From Pyrinomonadaceae bacterium (GTDB taxonomy: Bacteria; Acidobacteriota; Blastocatellia; Pyrinomonadales; Pyrinomonadaceae), in the NCBI GenBank assembly GCA_046313635.1, contig JBKBYA010000004.1, positions 160,001 to 224,000 on the forward strand: a DNA stretch of 64,000 nucleotides, read 5' to 3'. This document shows, piece by piece, positions 9,245 to 19,620 of this stretch. The notes beneath the pieces were generated by a model. The model saw only the letters and a list, made by a program, of their open reading frames with translations, searched no databases and was not told the DNA's origin. The stretch's first letter is position 1. Each line of letters opens with the position of its first letter. The position numbers and the translations under genes were made by a program.

Positions 9245-10714
9245 ATGAAAGAAGGTTGGGAAGCCGTCATCGGAATGGAGATCCACGCGCAGCTCGCGAG
9301 CGCGACCAAGATCTTCTGCTCGTGCCCGGTCGAGGTCGGCGGCGAGCCGAACTCAAACACCTGTCCGGTCTGCCTCGGTCTGCCCGGCGCTCTGCCTGTG
9401 CTCAATCGCCGCGTCGTCGAGCTCGGTGCTCGTGCCGCGCTCGCGCTCGGGCTCGAGATCCAGGAGACGTCCGTCTTCGCGCGCAAGAATTACTTTTATC
9501 CCGACCTGCCAAAGGGCTACCAGATCTCGCAGTACGACAAGCCCTTCTCGGCAAACGGCACGCTCACGATCATGACCGCCGAACGCGACGAGCACGGCCA
9601 CGCGCAGGAGTGGCGGCCGATGTCCATTCACATCCAGCGAATGCACCTCGAAGAGGATGCCGGCAAGAACGTCCACGAGGGACTGCCCGACACCGACAAG
9701 TACTCGTACATCGATCTCAACCGCGCCGGCACGCCGCTCGGCGAGATCGTGACGTCGCCCGACTTTCGCACGTCGTGGCAGGCCTACGACTATGTGAATC
9801 ACGTCCGACGCGTGCTGCAGTGGGTCGGCGCGAGCGACGCGGATATGGAAAAGGGAAACCTCCGCTGCGAGGCAAACGTCTCGGTGCGGCGCGTCGGCGA
9901 GGACAAGTTCAACAACAAGGTCGAATTAAAAAATCTCAACTCCGTCCGCTTTATGCAAAAGGCGATCGAGTACGAGATCGAGCGCCAGATCGCCGCGCAC
10001 GAATCGGGCGAGGGCGTCCAGCAGGAGACGCGTCTCTGGGACGAAAAGAACAACCGCACGCGCGTGATGCGCTCTAAAGAGGACGCGCACGACTACCGAT
10101 ACTTTCCCGAGCCCGACCTGCAGCCGCTGCGTGTCGAGGCCGCGTGGATCGAGACCGTAAAGCGCGAGATGCCCGAGCTGCCCGACGCGATGCGCGAGCG
10201 GATGATGGCGGAATATTCGCTCTCGTATGCAGACGCTTCGCAGCTCGTAAGTGAAAAGTCGCTCGCCGAGCTGTACGAGGCGGCCGCCCGCGCTTCGGGC
10301 AATCCGCGGACGACGGCGAACTTCGTTCTGTCGGAGCTGCTCCGCGAATTGAACAACTCGGGCAAGACGGCCGCCGAGTCGCCGGTCACCGCCGAGCATC
10401 TCGCCGACCTCGTCAAGACGCTCGACGCCGGCAAGATCAACAACAACCAGGCCAAGGAAGTGCTGGTCGAGATGTTCGCCTCGGGCAAGTCGGCCGCCGA
10501 CGTGATCGCCGAAAAGGGCTTTGAGCAGATCTCCGACGCCGCGGCGATCGGGAGGATCGTCGACGACGTCATCGCCGCCAACGCAAAGAACGTCGAGGCC
10601 TACCGCGGCGGCAACGAAAAGCTTTTCGGCTTCTTCGTCGGCCAGGTGATGAAGGCTTCGCAGGGCAAGGCAAATCCAAAGATCGTGAACGACGTGCTCA
10701 AGCAAAAGCTGTAG
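9245..10714 (+). CDS. gatB: Asp/Glu-tRNA amidotransferase subunit B
   Basis: VIGMEIHAQL, CPVCLGLPGALP, RKNYFYPDLPKGYQISQ, HLEEDAGK, DYRYFPEPDL. Confidence 0.98.
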   Translation: MKEGWEAVIGMEIHAQLASATKIFCSCPVEVGGEPNSNTCPVCLGLPGALPVLNRRVVELGARAALALGLEIQETSVFARKNYFYPDLPKGYQISQYDKPFSANGTLTIMTAERDEHGHAQEWRPMSIHIQRMHLEEDAGKNVHEGLPDTDKYSYIDLNRAGTPLGEIVTSPDFRTSWQAYDYVNHVRRVLQWVGASDADMEKGNLRCEANVSVRRVGEDKFNNKVELKNLNSVRFMQKAIEYEIERQIAAHESGEGVQQETRLWDEKNNRTRVMRSKEDAHDYRYFPEPDLQPLRVEAAWIETVKREMPELPDAMRERMMAEYSLSYADASQLVSEKSLAELYEAAARASGNPRTTANFVLSELLRELNNSGKTAAESPVTAEHLADLVKTLDAGKINNNQAKEVLVEMFASGKSAADVIAEKGFEQISDAAAIGRIVDDVIAANAKNVEAYRGGNEKLFGFFVGQVMKASQGKANPKIVNDVLKQKL

Positions 10715-10754
10715 CATGTCTTCGGACAAATAAAAGGTTAAGGAGGTAAAGGCG

Positions 10755-11684
10755 GTGCCGATTCGCAGTTTAGGTTTTATCTCGATGGTCCTTCTTCTCA
10801 CGGCCCCGATCATCTCCACGCCCGCGCAGTCGCCGCGAGACCGCACCGAGCGCGATCTCGAACGCAGAATGCAGGACATGCGGGCCCTCGATCAGGTAGC
10901 GCGCCGGAGGCCGCCGCGTTCGCTGCGTCAGCCCGAGCTGACCCGTGCGCAGAAAGAATACGTACAGACAGCACGGCGGATCGAGACGGACGTCGTCCAG
11001 CAGTACGCGGCCTTGCTTGTACAGCCGCGGACCGGAGTATTCAAACTGTTTCCCGACCTGCGATGTTTCGAGGATAAGGTAGTACGACTCGACGACGAAT
11101 GCACCAAGGCCGTGCCGCTGAGCTCGGCCTTTAACTTTCGCGAGGGAGCGTACGGCGACGTCGATTATCACGATATCTGGTTTGACCGCGGCCGGCTCGT
11201 GAGCGCCGGATTCTTTTCGCAGGGCATCATCGCGTCGCTTGGCGACGTGCCGCTCGAGAGCGTCGGCGTCGAAACGCCGGCCGTGACGACGCTGGTGTCG
11301 GTCAGGCCTGAGACAACGGCCTCGGCCGCGGCCGCCGCAGCCCGACGATTTCGCGACGGCGTCGATGCCGGCGGCATTTTGCTCGCCGACAGCGTCGAGC
11401 CGCAGGCGGGCCGCACTTATGCGATCAGGCTGATAGCGTACCGCCTGTCAAACTCGCTGCCGCCCGTGGACCGGCAGACGTCGGAGACCGAATTGATGCT
11501 TCACAGCCTCGCGTTTGATAAGCGGCTCGATATCGTCGTCGCTTTTAGAGTTGTCAGACGCGACAGTGAGACCGGCGGCCTGACGATCGTTTGGCGAGAG
11601 CTTGCACGTCACGACGCGGACAAATTGAGATTTGGAAAGGGGGAATTGATGGCGGACTTTAAGCCGCCGCGACCGTTAGAATGA
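10755..11684 (+). CDS. Hypothetical secreted protein
   Basis: SD AAGGAGG, N-terminal signal peptide, overlaps the next gene (ATGA). Confidence 0.65.
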   Translation: MPIRSLGFISMVLLLTAPIISTPAQSPRDRTERDLERRMQDMRALDQVARRRPPRSLRQPELTRAQKEYVQTARRIETDVVQQYAALLVQPRTGVFKLFPDLRCFEDKVVRLDDECTKAVPLSSAFNFREGAYGDVDYHDIWFDRGRLVSAGFFSQGIIASLGDVPLESVGVETPAVTTLVSVRPETTASAAAAAARRFRDGVDAGGILLADSVEPQAGRTYAIRLIAYRLSNSLPPVDRQTSETELMLHSLAFDKRLDIVVAFRVVRRDSETGGLTIVWRELARHDADKLRFGKGELMADFKPPRPLE

Positions 11685-12400
11685 GCACGATCAAAGGCAA
11701 GGCGGCCGTCGTGACCGGCGGCACAAAAGGAATAGGTTTGGCCATTGCGTCGGCACTCATCCGTGAAGGTGCACGCGTCTTTGTGTGCGCCCGCGATGCG
11801 GGCGAGGTCGATTCGGCCGTGCGCGAATTGTCGGCGGCGGGCGAAGCGGCGGGCACCGCTTGCGACGTCCGCAGCGAAGATCAGGTGCGCGGGATGCTCG
11901 ACGAATGCGGGCACCGTTTCGGCGGCGTCGACATTCTCGTCAATAACGCCGGCATCGGCATCATCGGCAAGACCGTCGAGGAGATGTCGGGCGACGAATT
12001 CCGGCAGACGCTCGAGACAAATCTCTTTGGCGTCTTTTACGCCTGCCACTACGCCGTGCCGATGATGCGGCAGCGCGGCGGCGGCTACATCATCAACATC
12101 TCTTCGCTCGCCGGGCAGAACGCGCACCCGCGGATGGCCGCGTACAACGCGTCGAAATTCGGACTCAACGGATTCTCAGAGGCGCTGATGCAGGAGGTCC
12201 GGCAGGACGACATCAAGGTGAGCTATATTTGTCCCGGGAGCGTCAACACGCACTTTGGCGGCGACGAGCCGAGCGAGCAGAATTCTTGGCAGCTCCAACC
12301 CGAGGATATCGCTCAGGTCGTCATCGATCTTCTCAAAATGAAAACGCGTGCGCTGCCCAGCAAGATCGAGATCCGCCCGAGCAAGCCGCCCGCAAAGTAG
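11681..12400 (+). CDS. Short-chain dehydrogenase/reductase
   Basis: TGGTKGIG, NNAG, YNASK. Confidence 0.93.
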   Translation: MSTIKGKAAVVTGGTKGIGLAIASALIREGARVFVCARDAGEVDSAVRELSAAGEAAGTACDVRSEDQVRGMLDECGHRFGGVDILVNNAGIGIIGKTVEEMSGDEFRQTLETNLFGVFYACHYAVPMMRQRGGGYIINISSLAGQNAHPRMAAYNASKFGLNGFSEALMQEVRQDDIKVSYICPGSVNTHFGGDEPSEQNSWQLQPEDIAQVVIDLLKMKTRALPSKIEIRPSKPPAK

Positions 12401-12460
12401 AGAAAACAAGAATGACCGAAAAGAAGAGAGGCGTCTGAAGGTCTTCGGACGTCTCCCTTC

Positions 12461-12588
12461 GCCGAGCGGAAAAGCTATGCTTTTCCGACAGCGCCCTTCC
12501 AAGTTTTTCGCGGCTATGCCGCCCGGCGGCGAAGCCGCTGCAGCCAATGTGCCGAATCGGACGGAAAAGCGAAGCTTTTCCGCTCGGC
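12461..12588. repeat. REPIN/MITE-like inverted doublet
   Basis: GCCGAGCGGAAAAGCTATGCTTTTCCG ... CGGAAAAGCGAAGCTTTTCCGCTCGGC, with an internal GCGGCTATGCCGC...GCGGCGAAGCCGC hairpin. Confidence 0.75.
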
Positions 12589-12667
12589 AAAAGGAGATTT
12601 CAAACAAGCGACCTGTAGTGGCGTTGAGTTTTACGCTCTAGCTGACCTGCGGGATACTGCATCAAAT

Positions 12668-12693
12668 AAGAGGCCGCCTTCGGACGGCCTCTT
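12668..12693. terminator. Hairpin between convergent genes
   Basis: AAGAGGCCG-ccttcgga-CGGCCTCTT. Confidence 0.65.
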
Positions 12694-12740
12694 CCGCATT
12701 TATCCAGCTATCTTTCCTTCGATGCAGGACCGCGAGGCTT

Positions 12741-14249
12741 CTAGATCGCCGCGGGTGCGACGCCTAGAAAGCGCTCTACCGTCTTCATCAGCGTCTCCGG
12801 GCCGAACGGTTTGGTGATAAAGCCGTTCGCTCCGGCGGCGATCCCTTTTGCTTCTTCGTAGACCCCGTCTTTGCCCGAGATCATGACCACGGGCACCTCG
12901 CGTGTCGTTGGATTGGTGCGTATGGTGCGGCAGATGTCGTAGCCGTCGACCTTTGCCAGTGTGATGTCGAGTAGCACGAGGTCGGGCGTGAGGTCGCGGA
13001 TCAACGCTGCGGCCGCGCGGCCGTCCTCGGCGCAGACGACCGAGTACCCGCGCTCCTCGAGCTTCGCTCCGATGAGTCTGCGGATGACCGAATTGTCCTC
13101 GACGACGAGTATCGTCGCAGGTGCCTCGCCTAGGTTCGCGACGCTGTCAACGGCCTCGACATTCGAGTGGCGGTCGAGATCGTCGGCGACGATGTCGGCG
13201 ATCTCCTCCGCCGGGATGGCGGCTACATCGAGGCCGTCGGGCGGCGTGAGCTCAAGCACGTCGTCGGTGTCGTCGAGGGCCATTTGGCCGCCGCTCTCCG
13301 AGACGTAAACGGTCGCGGCGGACGCTTCGGTCTCGGCGGGCGAAAGTTTGTCTACGCTCGGGCTTGGGGCCTCTGTCGTGTCGTCGCTCACGCGGTCGCC
13401 CGACGGCTCGGCCGTTTCGGCGCCGGAGGGCGAACCTTCGAGCGAGGCGGCCGCGAAGACGGGCTTTAGCGATTCGATCATAGACCGCGCAAATTCGTTG
13501 TCAGGATCGATGGCAAGCAGCATCTCGCACGTTCTGAACCGCTCGGCGAGATCGGTCGCCAGATGAGCCTTCAGCTCCCATGCTTCAGCCGCCGCCGGGA
13601 ACCGCGATATCATCGCGTCGACCGCCTCGATAGCGGATGCGGCGTCGCCCGCCGCCGCCAATTGCCGTGCGCGTGCGATCATCGCGCTCGCGATCTTGTC
13701 GTTGGCCGAGCGAAGTGCGGCGCGGGCCTCTTCGTTCTCCGGGTCGACGGCCAGCACGCGGTCGAGACAGGCCAGCCGCGTCTCGTCGGTCTCTGCGATC
13801 GACGCTAGAGCGAGCCAGGCCGAGCCGTTATCGGCGTCAAATTCGATCGCGTCCTCAAGGCACCGTCGTGCCGTATCGACGCCGCCGTCGTTAAGGGCGT
13901 CGAGCCCGCGCTGGACGAGCGTGCGCGCCATAAGCAGGCGGGTCGATGAGCGCCACATCTTTGCCTTTTCATTGTCGGGGTTGATCTCGAGCGCGCGGTC
14001 AAGACAAGCGAGCAGCTCCTCGGGATACTCGCTGATCGACGCGAGCCACATCCAGACGCTTTCGCTTCGCGGCTCGATCTCTGCGGCGGCGTGCAGCAGC
14101 TCTCGGGCCTTGACCCGCTCGCCCGCTTGAGCCGAGCGGACTCCGGCGGCAAGGAGGTCGTCGAATCTGCTCGTCTCGTTCGTTTGCAGCTCGGTCGCGT
14201 GGGCGGCGGGCCGCGGATCGGATGGCCGGGCCTGAAGGTCGAATCTCAT
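12741..14249 (-). CDS. TPR-repeat protein with C-terminal response-regulator receiver domain
   Basis: Repeated TPR-like units (LEINPDNE, LAVDPENE), acidic linker, REC motifs ILVVED, LLDITL, ITKPF. Confidence 0.85.
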   Translation of the reverse strand: MRFDLQARPSDPRPAAHATELQTNETSRFDDLLAAGVRSAQAGERVKARELLHAAAEIEPRSESVWMWLASISEYPEELLACLDRALEINPDNEKAKMWRSSTRLLMARTLVQRGLDALNDGGVDTARRCLEDAIEFDADNGSAWLALASIAETDETRLACLDRVLAVDPENEEARAALRSANDKIASAMIARARQLAAAGDAASAIEAVDAMISRFPAAAEAWELKAHLATDLAERFRTCEMLLAIDPDNEFARSMIESLKPVFAAASLEGSPSGAETAEPSGDRVSDDTTEAPSPSVDKLSPAETEASAATVYVSESGGQMALDDTDDVLELTPPDGLDVAAIPAEEIADIVADDLDRHSNVEAVDSVANLGEAPATILVVEDNSVIRRLIGAKLEERGYSVVCAEDGRAAAALIRDLTPDLVLLDITLAKVDGYDICRTIRTNPTTREVPVVMISGKDGVYEEAKGIAAGANGFITKPFGPETLMKTVERFLGVAPAAI

Positions 14250-14534
14250 AAGGTCTTGTTCACTGATACAGGTAAGCGGCTAGAGTTCGCTCCGGCGAAC
14301 GCGTCGTTCGATCGCCGAGGCGAAAAGCGCAAGGCTCCCGCACTATTCGCAATAACGATGCCAGCGGGAATGTCGGATGAGATCGCGGCTCAGCGGCCGC
14401 GCCGCGCGGCCAACGCCCGCAGATACGGAGCTTTGTCTGCTGTTGACGAATGCCGCGCTTTCGGCGCCGAGGCGTTCGTGACATAAAATGTCAGGCGGCG
14501 GCTGACATTTTGATGACTCCGGCGGAGACGATCT

Positions 14535-15458
14535 CTGACTGACGACACTCCATCTCACGACGTTTTGCTGATCGGCGGCGGCCCCGCGGGGCTCTCGGCG
14601 CTGCTATGGTGCTCGCGGCTTGGGCTCGACGCGCTTCTGCTCGAGCGCGGCAAAGAACTCGGCGGCCAATTGTTGTCGATCTTTGCTCCGATAACCGACC
14701 ACCTCGGCGTGAGCGCGGCGAGCGGGCGCGAGCTCGGCGAGCGTTTTGTCGACGGGCTCGGGCCGCTTGCTGCAAAGGCAAGATCCTCTGCCGGAGTTCG
14801 CGAGCTCGATGCAGACGCTCTCGCGGTGACGCTCGATAACGGCGAGCGTATCTCGGCGCGGGCGATCGTCATCGCAACAGGCGTCAGGCGGCGTGAGCTG
14901 GGTGTGCCGGGCGAGAAGGACTTTGCCGGCCGCGGGATACTGCGGTCCGGAGCCCTCGAGCGCGAGTCGGTCCGCGGCCTGCGCGTCGCGATCGTGGGCG
15001 GCGGCGATGCGGCGATAGAGAATGCGATCATCCTCAGCGAGACCGCGGCGAGCGTGACCGTGATCCACCGCGGAGCGGCGCTGGGCGCGCGGCCGGAGTT
15101 TCAGCAAGAGGCTCGGCGCCGGTCGAACGTGCAGTTCTTGATGTCGACGGTCGTCGAGCGATTCGGCGGCGGAGAGCGCCTCGAGTCTCTCGATGTATCG
15201 TCAGACGACGGCCGCGAGCGGCTCGAGATCGACGCGGCGCTCGTAAGGATCGGCGTGGTTCCGAATTCGGAATTTCTGCGCAGCGCGGTGATGCTCGACG
15301 ATCGCGGCTACGTCAAGATCGATGCCGAGTGCCGGACGAGCTGCGAGAGGATCTTTGCCGTGGGCGATGTCGCACGCCCTACGGCGCCGACGATCAGCGC
15401 CGCGGTCGGCGACGGCTCGATCGCGGCCAAGTCGATTTGTTTGTTGATTAATGGATAA
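14535..15458 (+). CDS. Thioredoxin-reductase-like FAD/NAD(P) oxidoreductase
   Basis: DVLLIGGGPAG, IATG, VGGGDAA, FAVGD; no CxxC redox motif. Start uncertain (CTG 14535 or TTG 14565). Confidence 0.8.
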   Translation: MTDDTPSHDVLLIGGGPAGLSALLWCSRLGLDALLLERGKELGGQLLSIFAPITDHLGVSAASGRELGERFVDGLGPLAAKARSSAGVRELDADALAVTLDNGERISARAIVIATGVRRRELGVPGEKDFAGRGILRSGALERESVRGLRVAIVGGGDAAIENAIILSETAASVTVIHRGAALGARPEFQQEARRRSNVQFLMSTVVERFGGGERLESLDVSSDDGRERLEIDAALVRIGVVPNSEFLRSAVMLDDRGYVKIDAECRTSCERIFAVGDVARPTAPTISAAVGDGSIAAKSICLLING

Positions 15459-15658
15459 ATCCGGCTATAATGCTCGATAAATTTCCAACCGAAATTTTGA
15501 ATTAAATCCAAAAAAATAATCCTCCCGGGCGGGCTCAAGTGCTGGAAGTCCCCGAAACTGGTACAGAAGGGGCGTTTCAGCGTTGATTCAAACTGGAACA
15601 TTTCATGCGTCTTCATTATTTCGCCGTAAATTACACTACCCGACCTTTAGGAGGAGCT

Positions 15659-18600
15659 ATGAGGTTTACCAATCGTAGGATCGCGGTTTTCCTGACAGCG
15701 CTGTGCCTGCTGACGGCCCTTGCGACAAGCATCGCCGCACAGACCGGCACATCGTCCATTCGGGGAACCGTCGCCGATCCGCAAGGGAACATCGTCGCCG
15801 GCGCAAGCGTGACGCTGACGAGCACAACCAAGGCGTTTACGCGAACGCAGGTGACCAATTCTGACGGTCTGTACGTCTTTACCGCGGTCCCGCCGGATAC
15901 ATACAGCATCTCGGTCGAAGCGTCCGGATTCAAAAAGGCGGTCGTCTCCGATGTGCAGGCCCTGGTCGACACGCCCAAGACGGTCGACATCGCAATGGAG
16001 GTTGGCCAAGTGACCGAGACGGTGACCGTCTCGGGAGCGGGCGAGGCCCCGATCAACACGACCGACGCGAGTCTCGGCAACACTTTTACCTCGCAGCAGG
16101 TCATCCAACTGCCGCTCTCGGCCCGCAACACGCCGGACCTGCTCTCGCTGCAGCCGGGCGTCGCGCCGGACGGCGCGGTCAACGGCGGGCGCTCCGACCA
16201 GGCAAACGTAACGCTCGACGGTGTCGATGTGAACGAGCAGCAAGGCGGACGGGCCTTTTTCAGTGTGCTCCGCGTAACGCCCGAGGCCCTGCAGGAGTTC
16301 CGCGTGACCACGACGAATGCCGGTGCCGAATTTGGCCGTTCATCAGGAGCACAGGTTTCGCTCATCACGCGGTCAGGGTCTAATAATTTCAACGGTTCGC
16401 TGTACCTGTACTACCGACCGAAGACCTGGCTCCAGGCAAACGACTTTTTTAACAATCTTGCCGGCGTGCCCGTGACTCCTCGAGAGCGCCGTAATTACGG
16501 CGGATCGTTCCTTGGCCCGATCAAAAAGGACAAACTCTTCTTCTCGTTCTTTTACGAACGGTTCGAAGAGAATACAGCCGTCGGCGTCACCCGCGAGGTG
16601 CCTCTGCCGAGCTTGGGGCAGGGACTGGTCAAATACATCGTCTCGGGAGCGATCCCTGCGGGGCCGTGTCAGCCGACCGTATCCGGAAACGTCGCGACAC
16701 TCACCGCCGCTCAGATCAACACCTGCTATTCTGCCGTGAACGGCGTAGCACCTGGCGTGAATCCGGCCGCGCTCGCTTTGCTGGCGACGGCAGCTCAGCG
16801 ATATCCGGCCAACAGCACCGGGGCCGGCGACGGACTGAATACAAGCGGCTTCCGATTTAACGCGCCGACGCCGAAGCGTTGGAATTCCGCGACTACCCGC
16901 ATCGACTGGAAGCCGACGGGCAGCCAGGAGGTCTTTGCCCGGTATCAGTACCAATTCGACAACGATCAGAATGCCGCACGGTTCCCGGATACGCCTGCTC
17001 CCAAGACCTGGAAACACCCGCAAGGCCTCGCCGCGGGACATACCTGGACGATAAACAGCAAGATGGTGAATAAGTTCACGTACGGACTCACCCGCGACGC
17101 TTTTACGGTGGGCGGCGATTCGACACAGAACTTCTTCAGCTTTCGCTTCATCTTTCAGCCCTTCAATTATTCGAGAACGCTTAGTCGCGTGACGCCGGTT
17201 CACAACTTCGCAGACGACTTCTCGTGGGTGATCGGCAATCACACGATCAGCGCGGGAGCCAATGTGAGGCTGATCTCGAATCAGAGAACATCCTTTGGCG
17301 CCTCTTTTGACACGGCGACGACAAATCCGTCCTTCTACGACTGCTCGGGCGACGTCGTGCTGTTCGACGCCGACACCTGCAGCTCGTCGATCTTCCCGTC
17401 GGTCGCTGCCGGCTCGCAGACCGACCTGCGCGATGCCTTGACGGCTGTCATCGGCCGCTTTTCGCAGTATGGCGTAAACCTTCAATATGCCAAGAGCGGA
17501 TCGCTCCAGGCTCCGGGAACGGGCGTGGCGCGTAACTTCAAGACCGAGGAATACGAATGGTACGTTCAGGACGCCTGGAAGATGTTCCCGAACCTCCAGG
17601 TCAACTACGGTCTGCGATGGTCGACCTCCACTCCGGTTTACGAGGCTAATGGCGTGCAGGTCAAGCCGACGTCGAGCCTGAGCGACTTCTTTGACCGCCG
17701 AGTTGCGGGAATGGAGAGCGCTCAGCCGTACAACGCCCTGATCAGCGTCGACCTCGCGGGCAAGGCGAATAACAGGTCGGGCTACTACTCGCAGGATTGG
17801 AATAATTTTGCCCCTGCGGTATCGGCCGCATGGTCGCCGAATTTCAAGAATCGCTTTCTGAAGACGATCTTCGGCGACAACAACAAGAGCGTCATTCGCG
17901 GCGGTTTTCGAATGACATACGACCGCATCGGCAGCGCTCTGGCAGTGGCATTCGACCTGAACTCGACTCTCGGATATTCGTCGTCAAAGTCCGTCTCGGC
18001 GAATACCTACAACGTCAGCGACCGGCTCGGGCCGCTGTTCACCGGTCTCGGCCAGAACTACCGCACGCTGCCGAACATCACGATCCCTCCGACGATCTCG
18101 TTCCCGCTGCAGACACCGCCGGACGAGGACCTGCGTATCGAGCAGTCGCTCGACGACAAGCTGACCACGCCGTATCACTACAACTGGAACGTGTCGTACG
18201 GCCGCGAACTCTGGAAGGGGATCGCCGTCGAGGCGAGCTATGTCGGCAGCCTCGGCAGAAAACTCCTGGTCTCGCGTGACGTCGCTCACTTTAACAACCT
18301 AAAGGACCCGACAAGCGGCCAGACGTTTTACAGCGTGATGCGCCAGCTGCTCGACTATCGAGCGGTCAACACACCGATCACGGCTATCCCGAACATCGCG
18401 TGGTTCAACCGCTTCGTACCCGGACTCGCCGGTACGTATAACGTCTGCGGCGTCGCAACGCCGCTGACGGCAACCCAGGCAGCGTACCGTCGTGTCGCCC
18501 GTGCGACCGTCAACAGCGCCGGAGCAACCTGCTTGGGCGGCCGCAATACGAACGACTACACGTTTGTGCAGCTCTTGTGGGACGACGGACTCGGATTTGG

Positions 18601-19453
18601 CAACAACATCTTTATCCACCCGCAGTACGCCACGTTCGCTGCGTATTCCACCGCGGGCGATTCGGTTTATAACGCTTTGCAGCTCAGCTTCCGCAAGCGT
18701 TTTGAGGAGGGACTTTCGTTCGACGTAAACTACACGTACTCGCACTCGATCGACACGGCGTCGGGCAACGAGTCCTCGGGTGCTATCTCGTCGGGGGCAT
18801 CGCTTATCCTGAATCCGCTGAATCTCCAGGAGAATCGCGGAAGTTCGGACTTTGACGTTCGCCACTTGATCAACGCGAATTTCATCTACGAGCTTCCGTT
18901 CGGCAAAGGCCGGCGATTTTTCAGCGGAGCGAACCGCTGGGCCAACTTCTTTATCGGAGGATGGCAGCTGACCGGTATCTATCGCTGGAACACCGGCTTT
19001 CCGATCGGTGAGCCGTTTGACGACTCCCGTTGGGCGACCAACTGGAATGTACAGTCCAACGGCGTTCGAATACGGCCGCTCGAGAGCTCGCCGACGAAGA
19101 ATGGCGTGAACGGCTTGCCGAACATTTTCAGCGACCCGACCTACGCCTACCAGTCGTTCCGCAATGCCTATCCGGGTGAGGCGGGCGACCGAAATTACCT
19201 CCGTGAACCTAATTACGTGACCTTCGATGCAGGGGTCTACAAGAGCTTCGGCATCACGGAAAAGCAAAAGATCACATTCCGGTTGGAGGTATTTAACGTA
19301 ACTAACACCCAGCGGCTGACCTCGGTGGCCAGCTTCGGAATGCGGCTCGATCCGTATCTCCCCGCCAGCCGGCCGCAATCGAACTTTGGCCAGCTTACCG
19401 CGATACAGGGTGAGCCCCGGGTCGTGCAGTTCGCCCTGCGGTACGACTTCTAG
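15659..19453 (+). CDS. Oar-like TonB-dependent receptor (carboxypeptidase-regulatory domain)
   Basis: SD AGGAGG, signal peptide, GTVADPQG N-domain, EFRVTTTN...FGRSSGAQ, ITRSGSNNFNGS, C-terminal QFALRYDF. Confidence 0.9.
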   Translation: MRFTNRRIAVFLTALCLLTALATSIAAQTGTSSIRGTVADPQGNIVAGASVTLTSTTKAFTRTQVTNSDGLYVFTAVPPDTYSISVEASGFKKAVVSDVQALVDTPKTVDIAMEVGQVTETVTVSGAGEAPINTTDASLGNTFTSQQVIQLPLSARNTPDLLSLQPGVAPDGAVNGGRSDQANVTLDGVDVNEQQGGRAFFSVLRVTPEALQEFRVTTTNAGAEFGRSSGAQVSLITRSGSNNFNGSLYLYYRPKTWLQANDFFNNLAGVPVTPRERRNYGGSFLGPIKKDKLFFSFFYERFEENTAVGVTREVPLPSLGQGLVKYIVSGAIPAGPCQPTVSGNVATLTAAQINTCYSAVNGVAPGVNPAALALLATAAQRYPANSTGAGDGLNTSGFRFNAPTPKRWNSATTRIDWKPTGSQEVFARYQYQFDNDQNAARFPDTPAPKTWKHPQGLAAGHTWTINSKMVNKFTYGLTRDAFTVGGDSTQNFFSFRFIFQPFNYSRTLSRVTPVHNFADDFSWVIGNHTISAGANVRLISNQRTSFGASFDTATTNPSFYDCSGDVVLFDADTCSSSIFPSVAAGSQTDLRDALTAVIGRFSQYGVNLQYAKSGSLQAPGTGVARNFKTEEYEWYVQDAWKMFPNLQVNYGLRWSTSTPVYEANGVQVKPTSSLSDFFDRRVAGMESAQPYNALISVDLAGKANNRSGYYSQDWNNFAPAVSAAWSPNFKNRFLKTIFGDNNKSVIRGGFRMTYDRIGSALAVAFDLNSTLGYSSSKSVSANTYNVSDRLGPLFTGLGQNYRTLPNITIPPTISFPLQTPPDEDLRIEQSLDDKLTTPYHYNWNVSYGRELWKGIAVEASYVGSLGRKLLVSRDVAHFNNLKDPTSGQTFYSVMRQLLDYRAVNTPITAIPNIAWFNRFVPGLAGTYNVCGVATPLTATQAAYRRVARATVNSAGATCLGGRNTNDYTFVQLLWDDGLGFGNNIFIHPQYATFAAYSTAGDSVYNALQLSFRKRFEEGLSFDVNYTYSHSIDTASGNESSGAISSGASLILNPLNLQENRGSSDFDVRHLINANFIYELPFGKGRRFFSGANRWANFFIGGWQLTGIYRWNTGFPIGEPFDDSRWATNWNVQSNGVRIRPLESSPTKNGVNGLPNIFSDPTYAYQSFRNAYPGEAGDRNYLREPNYVTFDAGVYKSFGITEKQKITFRLEVFNVTNTQRLTSVASFGMRLDPYLPASRPQSNFGQLTAIQGEPRVVQFALRYDF

Positions 19454-19476
19454 TCTGCCGTAGGCATCTCGAGGCA

Positions 19477-19507
19477 CAAAAGGCTGTCCGAAAAGGGCAG
19501 CCTTTTG
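19477..19507. terminator. Bidirectional intrinsic terminator
   Basis: CAAAAGGCTGTCC-gaaaa-GGGCAGCCTTTTG. Confidence 0.85.
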
Positions 19508-19620
19508 CATTTGGCTCGGCCTCCGCCGGGTCTTGCGGCACAGCCGCGTCCAGCCAAATGATCAAGAGGCCGTCTTTCGAGACAGCCTCATTTTGCCGAT
19601 ATCGTTAACAGCGATTTGGA

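Noticed and set aside
9245..10714. gatB without adjacent gatC/gatA
   Set aside because: Split gat genes are common; not remarkable.
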